Translations under genes and position numbers: made by a program | Part shown: one piece after another, positions 1-14,120 of the stretch | How the letters are laid out: every line of letters begins with the position of its first letter | How positions within the stretch are numbered: the stretch's first letter is position 1 | From: Perna viridis | Taxonomy: Eukaryota | DNA: 64,000 nt | Direction: 5' to 3' | Assembly: GCA_037379345.1 (NCBI GenBank) | Contig: CM074517.1 | Coordinates: 1,736,001 to 1,800,000, forward strand | Notes under the pieces: generated by a model | What the model saw: the letters and a program-made list of their open reading frames with translations, nothing else | What the model was told of the DNA's origin: nothing | The model's database searches: none

Positions 1-1935
1 ATTATTTTTATGGCTTAAATTAATGCCCTGATAAATCTGTGTTTTGCTACTGATGTTTTTCATTGAAGGCAATGTAAGTATAATTAAAATTATAAAAGAG
101 CTTATATTTTCCTGTGTTTAAGTGCAAATCTTGAGGAACAGTTCTGTGTAAAATTCATGCAAGCACAAACACAAAGTGCTACTAGGGAGAAAAAATACTA
201 TTTAGATGAGGTTTGGGCACCATTTTTTATGGTCAATAAAAATGATAATAAATTCCAATAAAAAAACCTGACCAAGGAAATCATTTCTTGTTTCATTTTA
301 ACTCTTTAATTGGAGTTATGTCCCTTTATCAATTAAGCATGACACTTAGGTTGATTTACAGCTCCTTAATTTGACAACTAGATCAGGATCTCTATCAGAA
401 ATAATGAGTTCCACCACAGTGTGTAGATACATGCATATCACTAACATAATTATTTTGTTATTTAAAGACATATAGTAGAGAAATGTTACATACAAAATAA
501 ATGTGGTCAAGACAGAATAGAAAGAATATATCACTATTGGCCTAACAACATCAATGATTTATTCAAGTAGTAGTGTTAACAAACAGTTACAGTAAGTTCA
601 TGAACCATTGTGATGCACACAGTAATTTTAGAATTTACAATATCAATAAACGATGTCAAAGTCATATCAGGTTTTAACTATATATGAAACAAAAAATTTA
701 AAATGAAATATCCCAACACCACAGACCAACAGAAAAAAGTCCAACACTTTTAAAAAAAGACATTATTCTGATAAAGCTCACAAACATAACATATGATACA
801 ATATCTGACCTCAGCTGACAATCATATGCCTCCTCATACTTCTTCTCTTGCAGGTCACTACATGTATCTTGTCTCAGCCTCTCATAGATTCTGTCAATAG
901 CTTGCTAATCACTCTAATGCTAGATGGCTTATCATCAGCTACACCAAAACTTCCTTCATCTATTTTTTTAGTTTGGTATGATTGTTGCCTGTTTGACACA
1001 TTCTGGATTTCCTATTTCTTCTCTATAACCAAACATGTGTTGTCCTGTGTTGTAGTAAACTAAAAGATAATGTAATTCTTCTAAGAAATCCTGGTATTCT
1101 GACCATTTCTGGCTTAAGTCTGCTACAGCCTCTGCCTGGTTACAAAATATCTACGGCTGGTTGCAAACTTTCCCAAAATCTTTCATATCATAACCATAAC
1201 ATCATCTAGTTGGAAGGTCAGTTGTGGCACCCAAACCACTGCTCTTTGGGTTTCAGGCTTCCAGTTTGGCTCCTCCATCTGTTCAATATTGAGCACTATG
1301 CCTTCTCCTTTGCAAGTCCTTATACAGCTGCTCTCCATTATAACAATTGTTCAAATAAAAATGCTTCCCTTTACTTTAATGTAACTGTGTGATGATTGAG
1401 TATTGCAGTGATATATTGGTGCCATAATATGACCATGAAATAGCCACTGACCCAAAACAAAAATGTGTAACTGTGTTCAATGCTGTACTATGTAGATAGA
1501 AATGAAATATAAAAAGACCTGACCAAGACAACTCAACTGCATCATACTCAGAACAAATGGCAGCACATTTATGACAACATTTTATTGCTGGAAGTAAGGA
1601 TGAAACATTTCTGAACTGAAAATGTACCATAAACCAATCTCAGGTAATAATTCTGTCAACAATTTATTTTAATTCCTCCTTTGTTTATCTATTGCCATAA
1701 TATTATTCCTTACAATAAGGTTGTATAAATCTTACACCCCTCTATTACCATCATTCTATCAAGACTCTGTTCTAACTAACCTTGTATTGTTAATAGAAAA
1801 CCCTTTCTATCACATTAGTTAAATTATCTGTTGAAATTAAACAAGAAGTCGGTACACACCTGTGAAGTTAAGAAGAGAACAATCCTGTTGACATGTTGTT
1901 TAAAGTTATAGGTGTTAAAACACATTGGCTGATCA

Positions 1936-2680
1936 AAAACCATCCTGCCCTAGAAAAAATTGGCACCTCAGTTCAAACTACACAGGCAAAATTATTTCAC
2001 ATGATTGTCACCTGAATTGAGCAAATAAACTAAGTGAAAGAGTTCACATGAAATTTGGGTGAATGGAGCTTTCAGATGAAATTCACACGAAATGTTCACA
2101 TGAAATTTGTGTTTAATGAATTTCACATGAAAATCATGTTAATTTCATGTGAATTTCACATGTAGCTCGATTAACATGAATTCCACGTGAAAAATATTTG
2201 CCTGTGTATCCTACCCTAGGAAAACTTGACACCACAGTCCAAACCATCCTGCCCTAGGAAAAACTTGACACCACAGTCCAAACCATCCTGCCCTAGGAAA
2301 AACTCGACACCTCAGTCCAAACCATCCTGCCCTGGAAAAGCTTGGCACCACAGTCCAAACCATCCTGCCCTGGAAAAACTCGACACCACAGTTCAAACCA
2401 TCCTGCCCTGGGAAAACCTGACATCACAGTCCAAACCATCCTGCCATAGGAAAACTTAACATCACAGTCAAAACCATCCGGCCATAGGAAAACCTGACAT
2501 CACAGTTCAAACCACCCTGCTCTTGGCACTTCAATCCAAAACCATCCTGTCCGTGGAAACCTCAGCATCTTATGGCCTGAACCACCATCCCCTAAAAAAT
2601 CCTCAGCATCTTAGTCCAAACCATCCTGCCCTTGAAAATCTTGGCACCTCAGTCCAAAACCATTCTGCCATTTCTAAGGA
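1936..2680. repeat. 38-39-bp minisatellite (ccctaggaaaaacttgacaccacagtccaaaccatcctg), interrupted by a MITE
   Basis: About 12 degenerate copies in 2209-2680 plus one copy at 1936-1978. Explains the PQSKPSCPRKN repeat ORFs. Confidence 0.9.
1981..2206. mobile_element. MITE (226 bp) with TA target-site duplication, Tc1/mariner-type
   Basis: TIRs CACAGGCAAAATTATTTCACATG and CACGTGAAAAATATTTGCCTGTG, with TA at 1979-1980 and 2207-2208. Removing the element restores a satellite unit. Internal TTCACATGAA repeats. Confidence 0.85.
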
Positions 2681-2987
2681 AATCTCAGACCTTAAACATT
2701 TCAACAGTAATTAAAAATCCAGGGCAAGACCTAATGCACTGTGCCAAAACCTTCAGTAAAAAGATCAGTAACTCATGGAAATCCCAAAAAGACATTACAC
2801 CCTGAGAGAACTGAGATATCTTCATTTGTCTTATTTTTTTCTTCTTCTTGCTCTTCCAAAGTAAACAGCATTAATCTCCCATCATTGTTGAAAGCTTCAG
2901 GCTTTGTTCTACCTGATCTTATTCTGACAAATACAAAAACAAATTGTTTATACAACATATAACAATTGTTATTGTTTCTTTATAATT

Positions 2988-3260
2988 ACTTATTCAGAAC
3001 CGAGAGCAAAATCAACCATCTTTTACCACCCCTAAGTGTGCCACCATCACAACTTATTCAGACCTGAGATAAAAAATTTACCATTTTTTACAACCCTAAG
3101 TATACCACCATCACAGCTTATTCAGACGTGAGAGCCAAATTTACCATCTTTTACCACCTTAACTGTGCCCCCATCACAGCAAAAACTGCTTTCTTTAACA
3201 ATGGTAAGTGTGTCATCACCCAAGCTTTTTCAGATCTAGAAACAAAATCTGTCATCTTTT
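2988..3260. repeat. ~64-bp degenerate tandem repeat (cttattcaga...ccatcaca), 3-4 copies
   Basis: Units start near 2988, 3052 and 3117. Confidence 0.75.
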
Positions 3261-3419
3261 AAGATTGTGCCACATCAAATGAATATCATGAATATAACTC
3301 ACTCCCATCATAAAGCTTTCTTGAGAAGAAGGGGAAAATTTCTAGTGAGATTTCTTATAGTATTCCATGTTAGTGGGAGAGAAAAACAATCCATTTCTGA
3401 TAAGCTAGTAAAACCCTAA

Positions 3420-3610
3420 GCTATGGAAGGTCCCTCAAGACATTGACAGTTGATGGATTAGACCTCCATTCAAGTCATGGTAGGCCCCTCAAAACATTGG
3501 GAGTTGATGGGCTAGACCTCCAGTCCAGTCATGGTTAGGTCCCTTTAAACATTGGCAGTTAATGGGCTAGACCACTAGTAAGTTGTGGTAGGTTCCTGAA
3601 AACATTGACT
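3420..3610. repeat. ~55-bp degenerate tandem repeat (catggtaggcccctcaaaacattgg...gctagacc), ~3.5 copies
   Basis: Visible periodic recurrence of ggtaggtccc..aaacattg..agttgatggg.tagacc. Confidence 0.7.
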
Positions 3611-4883
3611 AGAACATCCAGTGGTGCCAAATCTTCAGATCTGTAAGCCTGTAACCAATATAACCCATCTTCTGTTTTAACATAATGACATTGTTTAATT
3701 ATAACACAGTGTCCATACTTTCATTTTTCAGAAGCTTGTAAGGTTCAAGGAAGCCTATATCAGAAAGACACACATTTCACTCAGTTCAGAAGAAAATATA
3801 ATTGTTTCTACAGAATCTTAGCCAAAGTAATGACAGACACACAAATTCCTCAGTATATCACGTATTAATTTACCATGACCAAGACAGAAATTGCCCTTAG
3901 TTCTCATAACTCTCCTAGGTTATTTATAGAAACCCCATTCTGTTATTTATACATGTAAATGTTTTATTCTTATGAATGAACACTTCACCCTGAGAATGGA
4001 GTGTGAACATGTCTATCTGTACTGAAACATTGGAATAACATTACAATGAATAAAAAATAATTTGATTTAGAAGAATTAGCAAATGTAATATCAAATCAAG
4101 CCAATCATCAAAAGGAGGGAAATAAAAAACATAAAATTAACTGATACATTGTATATTCTAAATAAATAGTTAACAACAAATCTATTATCAAAGCCCCTCT
4201 TCCTGCAAAATAGCAAATACATTTTTTTGTATCAAAACTTAAAGACAGGACTTATTAAACAAATCCCATTACTGTTGACATCATTGTTTACATGTGGCTC
4301 CTATATTCTTAGAAGAATCTCAAAGTCAGTATACAAGCATTGCATAACACTAATGTAATTATATGCTTTATCCTGCAGAATATAAATTCTAAGTATATTT
4401 TGATAAACATACATTATTAATAAAAGAACAGCTGGTTTAGAGAGAGAAAAAAAGCAAGATGGAGGAGTTAGTGAAAATATGATTTATATTTCAGCTTTTC
4501 TGCTACTTATTTTACATAAAATGTCATCTGATTACTGAAATATTTTAATAGATTTTAAACAGACAAAATTTCCCACAGAAACAAAGCAACATGCACTTTC
4601 AAATTTTACTCTGGTAAAAAATGTTAAGACATAATTTTCAAACATCATGATAAAATTAAACTTAGTTCAATAAAGTAAAAAAAAACTCAGTTACTTAAAA
4701 CTTTGTATCAGGATTATCATTGTTATTCTATTTCCTCTAAGACCAAGAAAAAAAAAACAACCCTTTTTTTAAGTGTGAAAAAAATGTGTAAAAGGCATGG
4801 TTGTTAATTCATTTTAAGTTTTAACAAAAAAAAGGAAAAAAAACTGCATTAGTATGAGTAATTTTATGATGAGCACTACTTAC

Positions 4884-4995
4884 CTGCTATAAGCTGATTT
4901 AATCCTATCTTATGATCGTAGCGACACACGACAAGCTTCTTCACGATTGGAGACGTTTGTGACGACACAGGATGATCAGTGCACACGACAACATG
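4884..4995 (-). other. CpG-rich candidate alternative first exon next to an (ATT)n microsatellite
   Basis: Perfect donor CAG|GTAAGT at 4883 and local CpG retention. (ATT)~7 at 4998-5018. Confidence 0.4.
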
Positions 4996-6939
4996 GTATT
5001 ATTATTATTATTATTATTAAGAACAGACGGTAGCTGTGAACATGTGTTAATATTTTACAGAAATAACTTCACAGCTTCCACCAGAGGTTACTGAGAAAAT
5101 ACATCCAAGTTAATTAGGAGGAGTTAAAGAAATATGCTCATTAGCTAGGCCTTGGCTCATTTGATAATACTACTATAATCCTAATAAATGGAAGAGAAAT
5201 AATGTGTACATTTCATTTCCATACTTTCAAAACGCTTCTTCAGAAATATGCAATGATAATGCAATGATAAATACTAGATTAAATCAGTAATTGTTTAAGA
5301 GATTGAAAGTGTTAGATATAGAACGTCTATGATAGGTTTTTTTTACAAATAACTTCACTGTGAGGTTGGAGGTACAGACAAGTTAGAAAAGATTTGTTTT
5401 ATAGAGCTTATACATGAATATGCCCAGACGGCTAAAACACAGAACAATTTCTTCTCAAAAAGTGGTGCGGGGGGGAACTAATGGAAAGAGGGGTGTGGTT
5501 ATTGAATCATCGTTTTTTTTCATTCCATGGCAGTGTAAATAAAGAAATTTTTGCTAAAACTTGAATGAATTTTTCTTTTCAAATAATCCAAGGACCCCAT
5601 CAGTTTAAAAATGGTTAGTGTCAAAGTTTTATTTACTTCTTTAATCTGAAGAAATATCAGACAACTACATTTTTTTAGGCAACATGTAAAGCATGTGAAG
5701 CATACTGTGAATTAAATATATGAAAATGTTTCTTCTGACCAACATACCATACTAAACCTACTGTTAAGTAGATACATGTCATTTCCTGTACTACATGTAG
5801 TAACTACAAGAACAAATTCTGCCGTAATTATAAACAGATTACAAGGAGACTTTTGCTAGGGCTGGAAGAGATATATGCCACTGCCTAATGTGGCCTATAA
5901 GTGTGGCCATCACACAGAATCAATTGTATTTTTTTAGAAAATAAGCTTCCACCAGACATAGAGAAAAATATACTGTAATTAATGACCTCATACTCCACCA
6001 ATGTGATGTGGAACACGGAAAAGTCTTGAGCACAATCCCAGGATACATATTAATTCAAAATTAGGGATAATAAACACTAGAACATAATAAACCAGTACAA
6101 AAATATATTGGCTAGGCAGAGAATAAAACTAACGGTACAAACATTAATCTCTAATGAAGACAGGAAATCTTGTCATTAATTTCTATTTACGTGTCTGCCT
6201 TTTGACCGTGTACATCTTTGTTGTCAATACCTAGTGATCTGATGTCCTGTCGTGAGCTTCAGACAAAAAATCTTCAAAGTTAAAACATTTAATCTTATAT
6301 TCCTGGTTAACTGTTTGGTAAAGAACTTTGGAATCAGACTTATAAAAAAAATCTACGAGGTGAACATACAGGGATATATATATTTTAATCTCTGCAGAAT
6401 TGTAAGGGATTAAAAAAAAAAAAAGACATACATGTAACATGAAGTTGCAAATGTTGAAGTGCTAGGTATACCCCAATCGGTACAGGAAGTCAATGTCAAA
6501 AGCGTTTAAACAGTCACATACCAAATTTGAAATCAATCTGACCAATACTAGTATATCCTGAATGCTAGAGGATATGCATGAAACAGGTACAGAACTATGA
6601 TGTATTGATACTTATGCACCTGCATACCAAATATGATTGACCTACTACAGGTAGGTCATATTAAACTGAGCTAATAACAAAACTTTACATAAAATCTTAA
6701 ATGCAGATGCCAATGCTGGAAAAGCAATATCTTAATTTTGCCTTCCGTTACAAAAAGGTGAAACAAAAATGGGAAAGTCACATGAAGCAGTAAACTGACA
6801 ACAGACAGCAACCAAAATCTTTTTACAATGTGGGCCTATTCTACATAATACCACACAACAAAATTGAAAATCAACCAGTGGGAGCCAAGATGGACAGAAA
6901 TACAGACGGACCTTTGGACTGACTGAGTAAGAGTATAAT

Positions 6940-7728
6940 ATTGGTTGGCATGTTTTGGGCTTTTATGTCTTGATATGGGGACTGACAAAGTAGGGGTATA
7001 ATATCATTGTGGTTGGCATGTTCTGGGCCTTTATGTCTTGATATGGGGACTGACAAAGTAGGGGTGTAATATCATTGTGGTTGGCATGTTCTGGGCCTTT
7101 ATGTCTTGATATGGGGACTGACAAAGTAAGGGTGTAATATCATTGTGGTTGGCATGTTTTGGGCCTTTATGTCTTAATATGGGGACTGACAAAGTAAGGG
7201 TGTAATATCATTGTGGTTGGCATGTTCTGGGCCTTTATGTCTTGATATGGGGACTGACAAAGTAAGGGTGTAATATCATTGTGGTTGGCATGTTTTGGGC
7301 CTTTATGTCTTGATATGGGGACTGACAAAGTAGGGGTGTAATATCATTGTGGTTGGCATGTTTTGGGCCTTTATGTCTTAATATGGGGACTGACAAAGTA
7401 GGGGTGTAATATCATTGTGGTTGGCATGTTCTGGGCCTTTATGTCTTGATATGGGGACTGACAAAGTAGGGGTATAATATCATTGTGGTTGGCATGTTCT
7501 GGGCCTTTATGTCTTGATATGGGGACTGACAAAGTAGGGGTGTAATATCATTGTGGTTGGCATGTTCTGGGCCTTTATTTCTTAATATGGGGACTGACAA
7601 AGTAGGGGTGTAATATCATTGTGGTTGGCATGTTCTGGGCCTTTATGTCTTGATATGGGGACTGACAAAGTAGGGGTGTAATATCATTGTGGTTGGCATG
7701 TTTTGGGCCTTTATGTCTTGATATGGGA
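6940..7728. repeat. 68-bp minisatellite, ~11.5 highly similar copies
   Basis: Unit taggggtgtaatatcattgtggttggcatgttctgggcctttatgtcttgatatggggactgacaaag, starts at 6991, 7059 and onward. Confidence 0.97.
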
Positions 7729-9018
7729 GTCAGGATTTGCAAATCTTTGTGGTCAATGACAAAGATAAACCTTTTATATCATAATATACAAGGACTTCAT
7801 GGTTATGGTTAAGATGAAATAGATATGATAACTTGACCTTTAACCTTGATCGGAATAAATCTCTATTTAACTTTCTTTTTACTTCTGCTACAATTTTCCT
7901 ATGCTTCAAAATAGAAAAACACAAATTCTTGATTGGGGAAAATACTTTACAAGAAATGATACAGCCTAGACAATGTGATAAATATGGTCAAACCAATTAC
8001 CAACCAGAGAATCATAAAACATGATGATAATGAGTGAGATGGTCCTTAATTAACAGACTATTACTATGTAATAATCAGACCATATTCATGATATGGACAG
8101 ACATTATAACTCAACACATAATTTATCCTCCTTAAAATGTCCTTAATTAGTGGTTATTTGTATGATATGCTCTCAAAATAAGCAGATATCTGTCTGTTTC
8201 TAATATAAATACTTGGCTGAAGGAGTTGGCAAGCTGAATTCTCAAGAGTAACAATTACAAGGAAGAAAACATCAAACTCCCAACTGTTTTTCATTTGGTA
8301 ATAAAACACATGCAAAACCATAATCTTTCTGATGGAATTTTATGTATTTAAGAAAAATATATTTACATATCTTCAGATTTATAATTATATGAGGTCTTCA
8401 AAGACGAGAACATTAATAGCCAAATCTAACTGTTCTGAAGTGCCCAAATCAAATGCCAGAGAAGCAACCATTTTTATTGATGTATTTTCTATTTCATTCT
8501 ATGAATGGAGAGATTTTTTAAACTTATGTTTTTAATGACAAACTGTACATCTAAATTATAATATGTTTTAAAATCTGCTATAGAAGCCATTTGCAAAATG
8601 GAGACCACAAACATCAAGCAGAGGAACCCTTGTAAAATACATATATAGTATTTAAATTCTCCACTGCATTAAACACAAACGTAGACATATAATGACACAG
8701 AGGTACCTACAAATATTTATGGCTACACTTTTTTTTTAATTATTTTCAAGGTTTTGTTTTGACAGTGGGGAGCTATCCTACTCCAAAGATTGCATAGTTT
8801 TTTTTGTAATTGAATACAATAGTAACCCAGATATCATCCCTATGAACAGATTAATATCATCCCACTGCAGAATTTCATCATTTAATTCATAAATATTTTT
8901 CACAGTATGAAGAATAGTAAGCCAAAAAAAGGGTAGATAACTTATATAAGAAAGGGTAGATAACTCGAAGAATAGTATTTCATTCAAATTATTTCCAAGC
9001 ACCAAGTAATAGACTTAC

Positions 9019-9112
9019 CTAACTTAATTCTCCAGCAAACCAACAGAGTGAAGGTCAATTAAAGGTCATGGTCTGTAGTGATCCTTTTCTTTTGTTGTCT
9101 ATAAGTCACATT
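9019..9112 (-). other. Candidate 94-nt non-coding exon of the minus-strand transcript
   Basis: tttttttttttacag|AATGTG...AAGTTAG|gtaagt: consensus sites. Stops in all three frames, so UTR, lncRNA or poison exon. Confidence 0.5.
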
Positions 9113-12100
9113 CTGTAAAAAAAAAAATTACCAAAGTATGAATACAAACATCAAATATTCTTGACAAATCTGCAAATTTTCTTAGAGAGTAACTGCAGTA
9201 ATTTATTGCATGAAATAAGTATGTTGAAAGAAGATAGGTTTTCAAATTTAAGTAAGTAATTTTGCACTGTCTGGACACAAACCTATGAATCACACAAAGT
9301 TCTATAATAATTTTTATTTAATATCAAGTAGCAAAAGCTCAGAATTGGATTCTATTTCAAATTTTGGCACATCCATACCAGGGCTATTGTATCCCAGATT
9401 TATTCATGACAAGCAGTACATACATTTTATCTATGTACATATTCTGCCTTATTTGTTCTGAAGTTTTATAGCATGACTGAAATTTATTTGTTAGTATGTA
9501 CAGTGTAAAGAAAACTAATCTTTGATTACTATAAATTTTTGCAGATTCTGTCAAGTGAACATATTCTCAGGTATCAATTTCACTGTAAAAAAAGGAAAAG
9601 CATTATTATCAGAGGTACTATTTTTCTTGGTTTTCTGTTCAGCATGAAAATTAGTAAGTATACAGTATTACATGTACATACAAACAGACAAATGAACAAG
9701 GTTGAACTGGTTTGCTTCAGAAACATTAAATTTGATTTTAAACCTTAATCTGACATGAAATGATCTAATCACAATCTATGGATTTTCCCATCAAAAGAAT
9801 AAATGACAAAAATCTAAGACGTCTTGATGGTTATTAAGGTTTAAACAAAAGCAAAGTTATTACCTTGCTACTTAAGATCAAACAATTTCAAATGTCAAGC
9901 AATATGCACAGGGAGTAGCAAGGATAATTCATCTGGTTTGATCTTAAATATCTTAGATTTTCTTTGAACTATGATGTTGAAATAAAATTAGCAATTAAAC
10001 TGATGATAATAACCACCACATGTGACCAAAAATGCTCAAAATTATTTCATCTTTAACATCATAAGACTTAAGACTTGGAATCAAACCCATTCTATTAACT
10101 GGTCCTTTTTGTCTGATGTCATCACCACCCCAAAATTGTCTTCCTGTTTTATGCTTTATGTGACCAAACTAAATTATATAACATAGTACTAATTTGATGA
10201 TAATGCCAACTCCAGTGAAAGATAGATAACTCTTAATGACTAATGACAATAGCCTAGGCAACTAATTTAGGTAAGAATGACTTATAATCTGACATTCTTG
10301 GTGATGTAATGTTTGGTAAAAATTCTATTTATACAGCGGTAACCATTAGTGTTAATGTTCCTATAATATTATCATAAATCTATTAGAATAATTTCTGTCC
10401 TTGAGTAAATGGAGCAGTGTTGATATCAAATTGTCAATAGTAAGATGTTCCATATGACTGTCATATTGTTCAACCTTAAAATAGACAATTCTATCAACAG
10501 ATTGTGTTATATAACATCAATAATTATAATTGTGTTGCATTCTTTTAGTTTTTATGATGTAATTATTACTTGTTACACATAATAAGATATACACATATTA
10601 GGATTGCTGTAATACTGACTGGAATATTTTGCAGACATTTAAAAATTTGAAAATGCAAAATATGAAAAATGGGTTTGAATGGTTACAGATATGTTAACAA
10701 TGAATTAAACAGTAATGTGTTCTATCTGTGCACCATCATTCTTAATGAAATAAAACATAACTTTCTTAAAGAAATAATAATCAGAAATCACCTTCCTTCA
10801 ACTTGTATTATTTCAATTTATAAAGTACAATAAAAAAATTCTCTCTTTTGATATAGAACTTTTATTTGAACTAGAACTTGTTTCAAATATAAATCAGAGT
10901 TATCCCCCTTTACCTGTTAATTTTTGTGTAGACTGATTATGTACTATGGCAGGTATGTCAAGGACCTGACCAATCCAGTTTTGGAAATAGAGAAATATTT
11001 TATTTTATATAAATTAGAGAATAAAGTTTTAGTACCATAAATCCTAGCACCTCCACCTTAATTTACTTTCTCCATCCTTAAAACATGTACAACCAGGCTA
11101 ATATTCCCACACAGACACATGTACAATGTTTTTTTATATTGTATATTAATTTTACTCGTATTTGGTATAAGTATGTTTGATATAAACTTTCACATGCTCT
11201 GTATTAAACTTTGTACTGGTTAATGTAGAAGGTAAGTGACAGTGGCTACTTAACAGCAGATTATGATACAAACTTGCTAACTTTCTTAGTAGCTTGACAA
11301 AAAAAAAAAACATGAGATGCTTAGAAAAAAAAAACAACAACCCAAAGATAACTATCAATTCTGTAGATAGCTCTTGGTATGAAAACTACAGAAGAATGTC
11401 AACAACAGCTATATCAACTGTTTTATACGAGATAGCAGCAAGCTCTCAAATTAGATTTATCAAAACTCCCTTCAGATATAATAATCTGTTGTCAACGGTA
11501 GTAAAAAAAAAACATTACATCAAATTACAGCAAATGTAGAAACTACAAGTCTCAAAATTGAACAAATATCTCAGTATATTATCTTAGATTCATAGATTAT
11601 ATGGGAAATATATAGTAAAATTATTCTACTCCGAAGAACTCTGATTGCAAAACAATTCTATGTTTGCCTATTGTAATGGTAAAATAATTCCTCGCTGGCT
11701 ATTCAGATAATGTTATATTAGCAAGATGTAGTATCAAGTAAATCAGTTTTTACACATTTTCTATCCAAATCAATATTCATTACCGGAGAATGTGACATCA
11801 TATCTCCACTGAGACAACACGCTTGTCATGGCTTTCATGTTGTCACTCGTTATTTGATTCCGATTACTTGAGCTGCAGACTTGTACAGAATGGAAGACCA
11901 AAACTGAATGAATATGGAGGAGGAATTAATCAGATAATTGCTTTATTATGCAAAATGTATTTATACGGTAGAATGAGAGAATTACAAATAGAATGAATGG
12001 AAAGACAGCCAATTTGGTTTCAGTATCTCTTCCTTCTGGATAATTGATAAAGATAAGCTAGGTATCATGTATAATTATTTATCAGACGCTTGATAATGGA

Positions 12101-12479
12101 AAAGTTTTTAAAAAGATGTTACTTTTTTAACATATCAAAAAAACAAACTCTTTTTCTTATGAAGTTCTGAAGTTTTTTTTTTCATTCCAGCTTCTTCAAG
12201 TAAACAGCTAAATATTATAAGATTGGGGATCACTGACAACCTCCCATTCAATATTTCTGAAGAAAGAAAGGGACATAACTCTTACAGTTGAAACACAATA
12301 AACACGATAATCAATATGGTATGGTCAAAAACATTGCGTTGAAGGAAAAGATTTTGTTGACAGATTCTTTAATCATCACAGGTAAAATTTGACTAATGAA
12401 TACTCACTAAATACCCCTGATTTCTCAACTAGTAGTATATAAAAAGAGCCTTAAAACACTCAAGCAACATTCAATTTTT

Positions 12480-14120
12480 GTAAAAGCAGCCACATTTTTT
12501 TTCTTGGATAAAAATTCCTAACACTAAAACCTAAGGAACAATCATATCAATGTCCAGTAGTGTCAAAGGAGAAGATTTTAAAGGAAATAACACTTAAAAT
12601 AGCGAAAAACCATCAAAACAAGAGGCTTCCAGGAGCCTGAATTGCTCACCTGGTTAAATTTTGTCTTTCAATGGCAATAAATTTAACAAGAAGTTGTCTA
12701 ACAATTTTGACTCAAGAAGACTTTGGTAGGACTTATCGCAAGGACCATTTCAGTTTCTTTTTATTCATTATACCATATTTTCCGGACTATAAGTCGCTAT
12801 TTTTTTTCAGCAAAGTGTCAGCCTGGACTTATATAAGGATTTTTCAAGAAAAAATGTTCATCTACAATGCATTTCATTAGACTTGTTTAGTTCACTTCTG
12901 ATTGCTTTAATTCAAATTTTTTTGTAAACTGCAATCACTGAAATCTGTCACTCGAACAGTCAAACTGACGATTGAATTTGAATATTATTGATCATTGCCG
13001 CTATTCTTTACGAATTATACACCGATGTTAATAAAAACTTTGAAACTTTGAAACCGTTAAAATATATAAACAAACTCTAGAAGATACTTTAACAAACTCT
13101 TTTTAACTGGAAAGACATTATCGAGTGTTCTGGAGTTATCGATCCTTTAATATGCAAATTTATACCCATTTATGGTATGTCATAACACATTCGCATGTGG
13201 CTCAAATTAAAATTAGTTAAGGTGTTATCTAAATGGCTAACTGCAACCAAATTTGCAGGTAACAATTATCTTTTATTGTATTTCGTAATACCAGATAATA
13301 TTGTTTATCAATTACTGCTGGTAATTATGACCAATTCATCAAACAAATTTTCCTGCTTATTTCACACCTGTGTGCCCATATTTGACAAGTTTATGATTTC
13401 ATACACCTGATGATCTAAGGCTTCAGAGCCATTGACATGCCAGTCAATAAAAATAATTGAACTTGCGGACAAAGTACACTTTAACAAAAACACAATTATT
13501 AATTTAATTCAGAAATATTATACTTAGTAACATCGCTGGAATAATATGCTGTTGAAATCAAACTGCTCAACTCGGATCTCTGCTGACACATACGATATCA
13601 ATGCACACGTCTGATCCTTGACTTATCTGCAGAATTCACTTATTAATGTTTTTTCCGTTGATTTTGGTCAAAATCAGGCAACTTATACTCCACACTGACT
13701 TGTAGTCCGGAAAATAGGGTAGTTTTCAAGATATCGGCTGAAAACTTTGGAAAAAAAAACCATTTATCATCTTTCAAAGGCAATAACTCTTATAAGCAGT
13801 CGTCTGATAACTTTAATCCCTGGAGACTTTTGTAGGCCTTATAATAAGGATTATTTTAGCAATTAAAAGAATTTGGCTAAACCAAATGGTTTTAGAAATA
13901 TAATATGCAAAAAATTACTGTCTGACTATTCGGACTATACTATGTTCTATTTTTAGTAAGGACGCCATGTTTTTCGACAGATAAAAAATCCCCACATCAG
14001 TTCTATGCAGGGTACCCCAGGAAACATTCATACAAAGTTTGATTCCAATTGGTCAAGTAGTGTCAGAGGAGAAAATGTTGGAAAGAAATAACATTAAAAA
14101 TAGCAAAAAATGATGAATAA
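12480..14120. mobile_element. Degenerate bivalve-type interspersed repeat (HINE/Helentron-like) with an internally repeated segment, hosting a nested DNA transposon
   Basis: Related segments at ~12485-12615 and ~13960-14110 (agtagtgtca.aggagaa...aaataacac/ttaaaaatagc). The caagaggc...gagcctgaattgctcacctgg motif is recalled from mussel repeats. Family name is inference. Confidence 0.45.
12773..13719. mobile_element. Non-autonomous Tc1/mariner (pogo/Tigger-like) DNA transposon, 947 bp
   Basis: TIRs CCATATTTTCCGGACTATAAGTCG and GACTTGTAGTCCGGAAAATAGGG, flanked by TA at 12771-12772 and 13720-13721. No transposase ORF. Confidence 0.85.

Noticed and set aside
800-1630. Coding-looking purine-rich minus-strand stretch
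   Set aside because: All frames are interrupted by stops and I recognise no protein family. It could be a decayed TE or UTR; BLASTx would be needed.
2211-2714. Repetitive ORFs (PQSKPSCPRKN...)
   Set aside because: Translation of a 38-39-bp minisatellite with frame-shifting unit lengths.
2773-2923. Candidate minus-strand coding exon (IRSGRTKPEAF...EEQEEEKNK)
   Set aside because: Reasonable acceptor at 2924 but no convincing donor and no recognisable homology.
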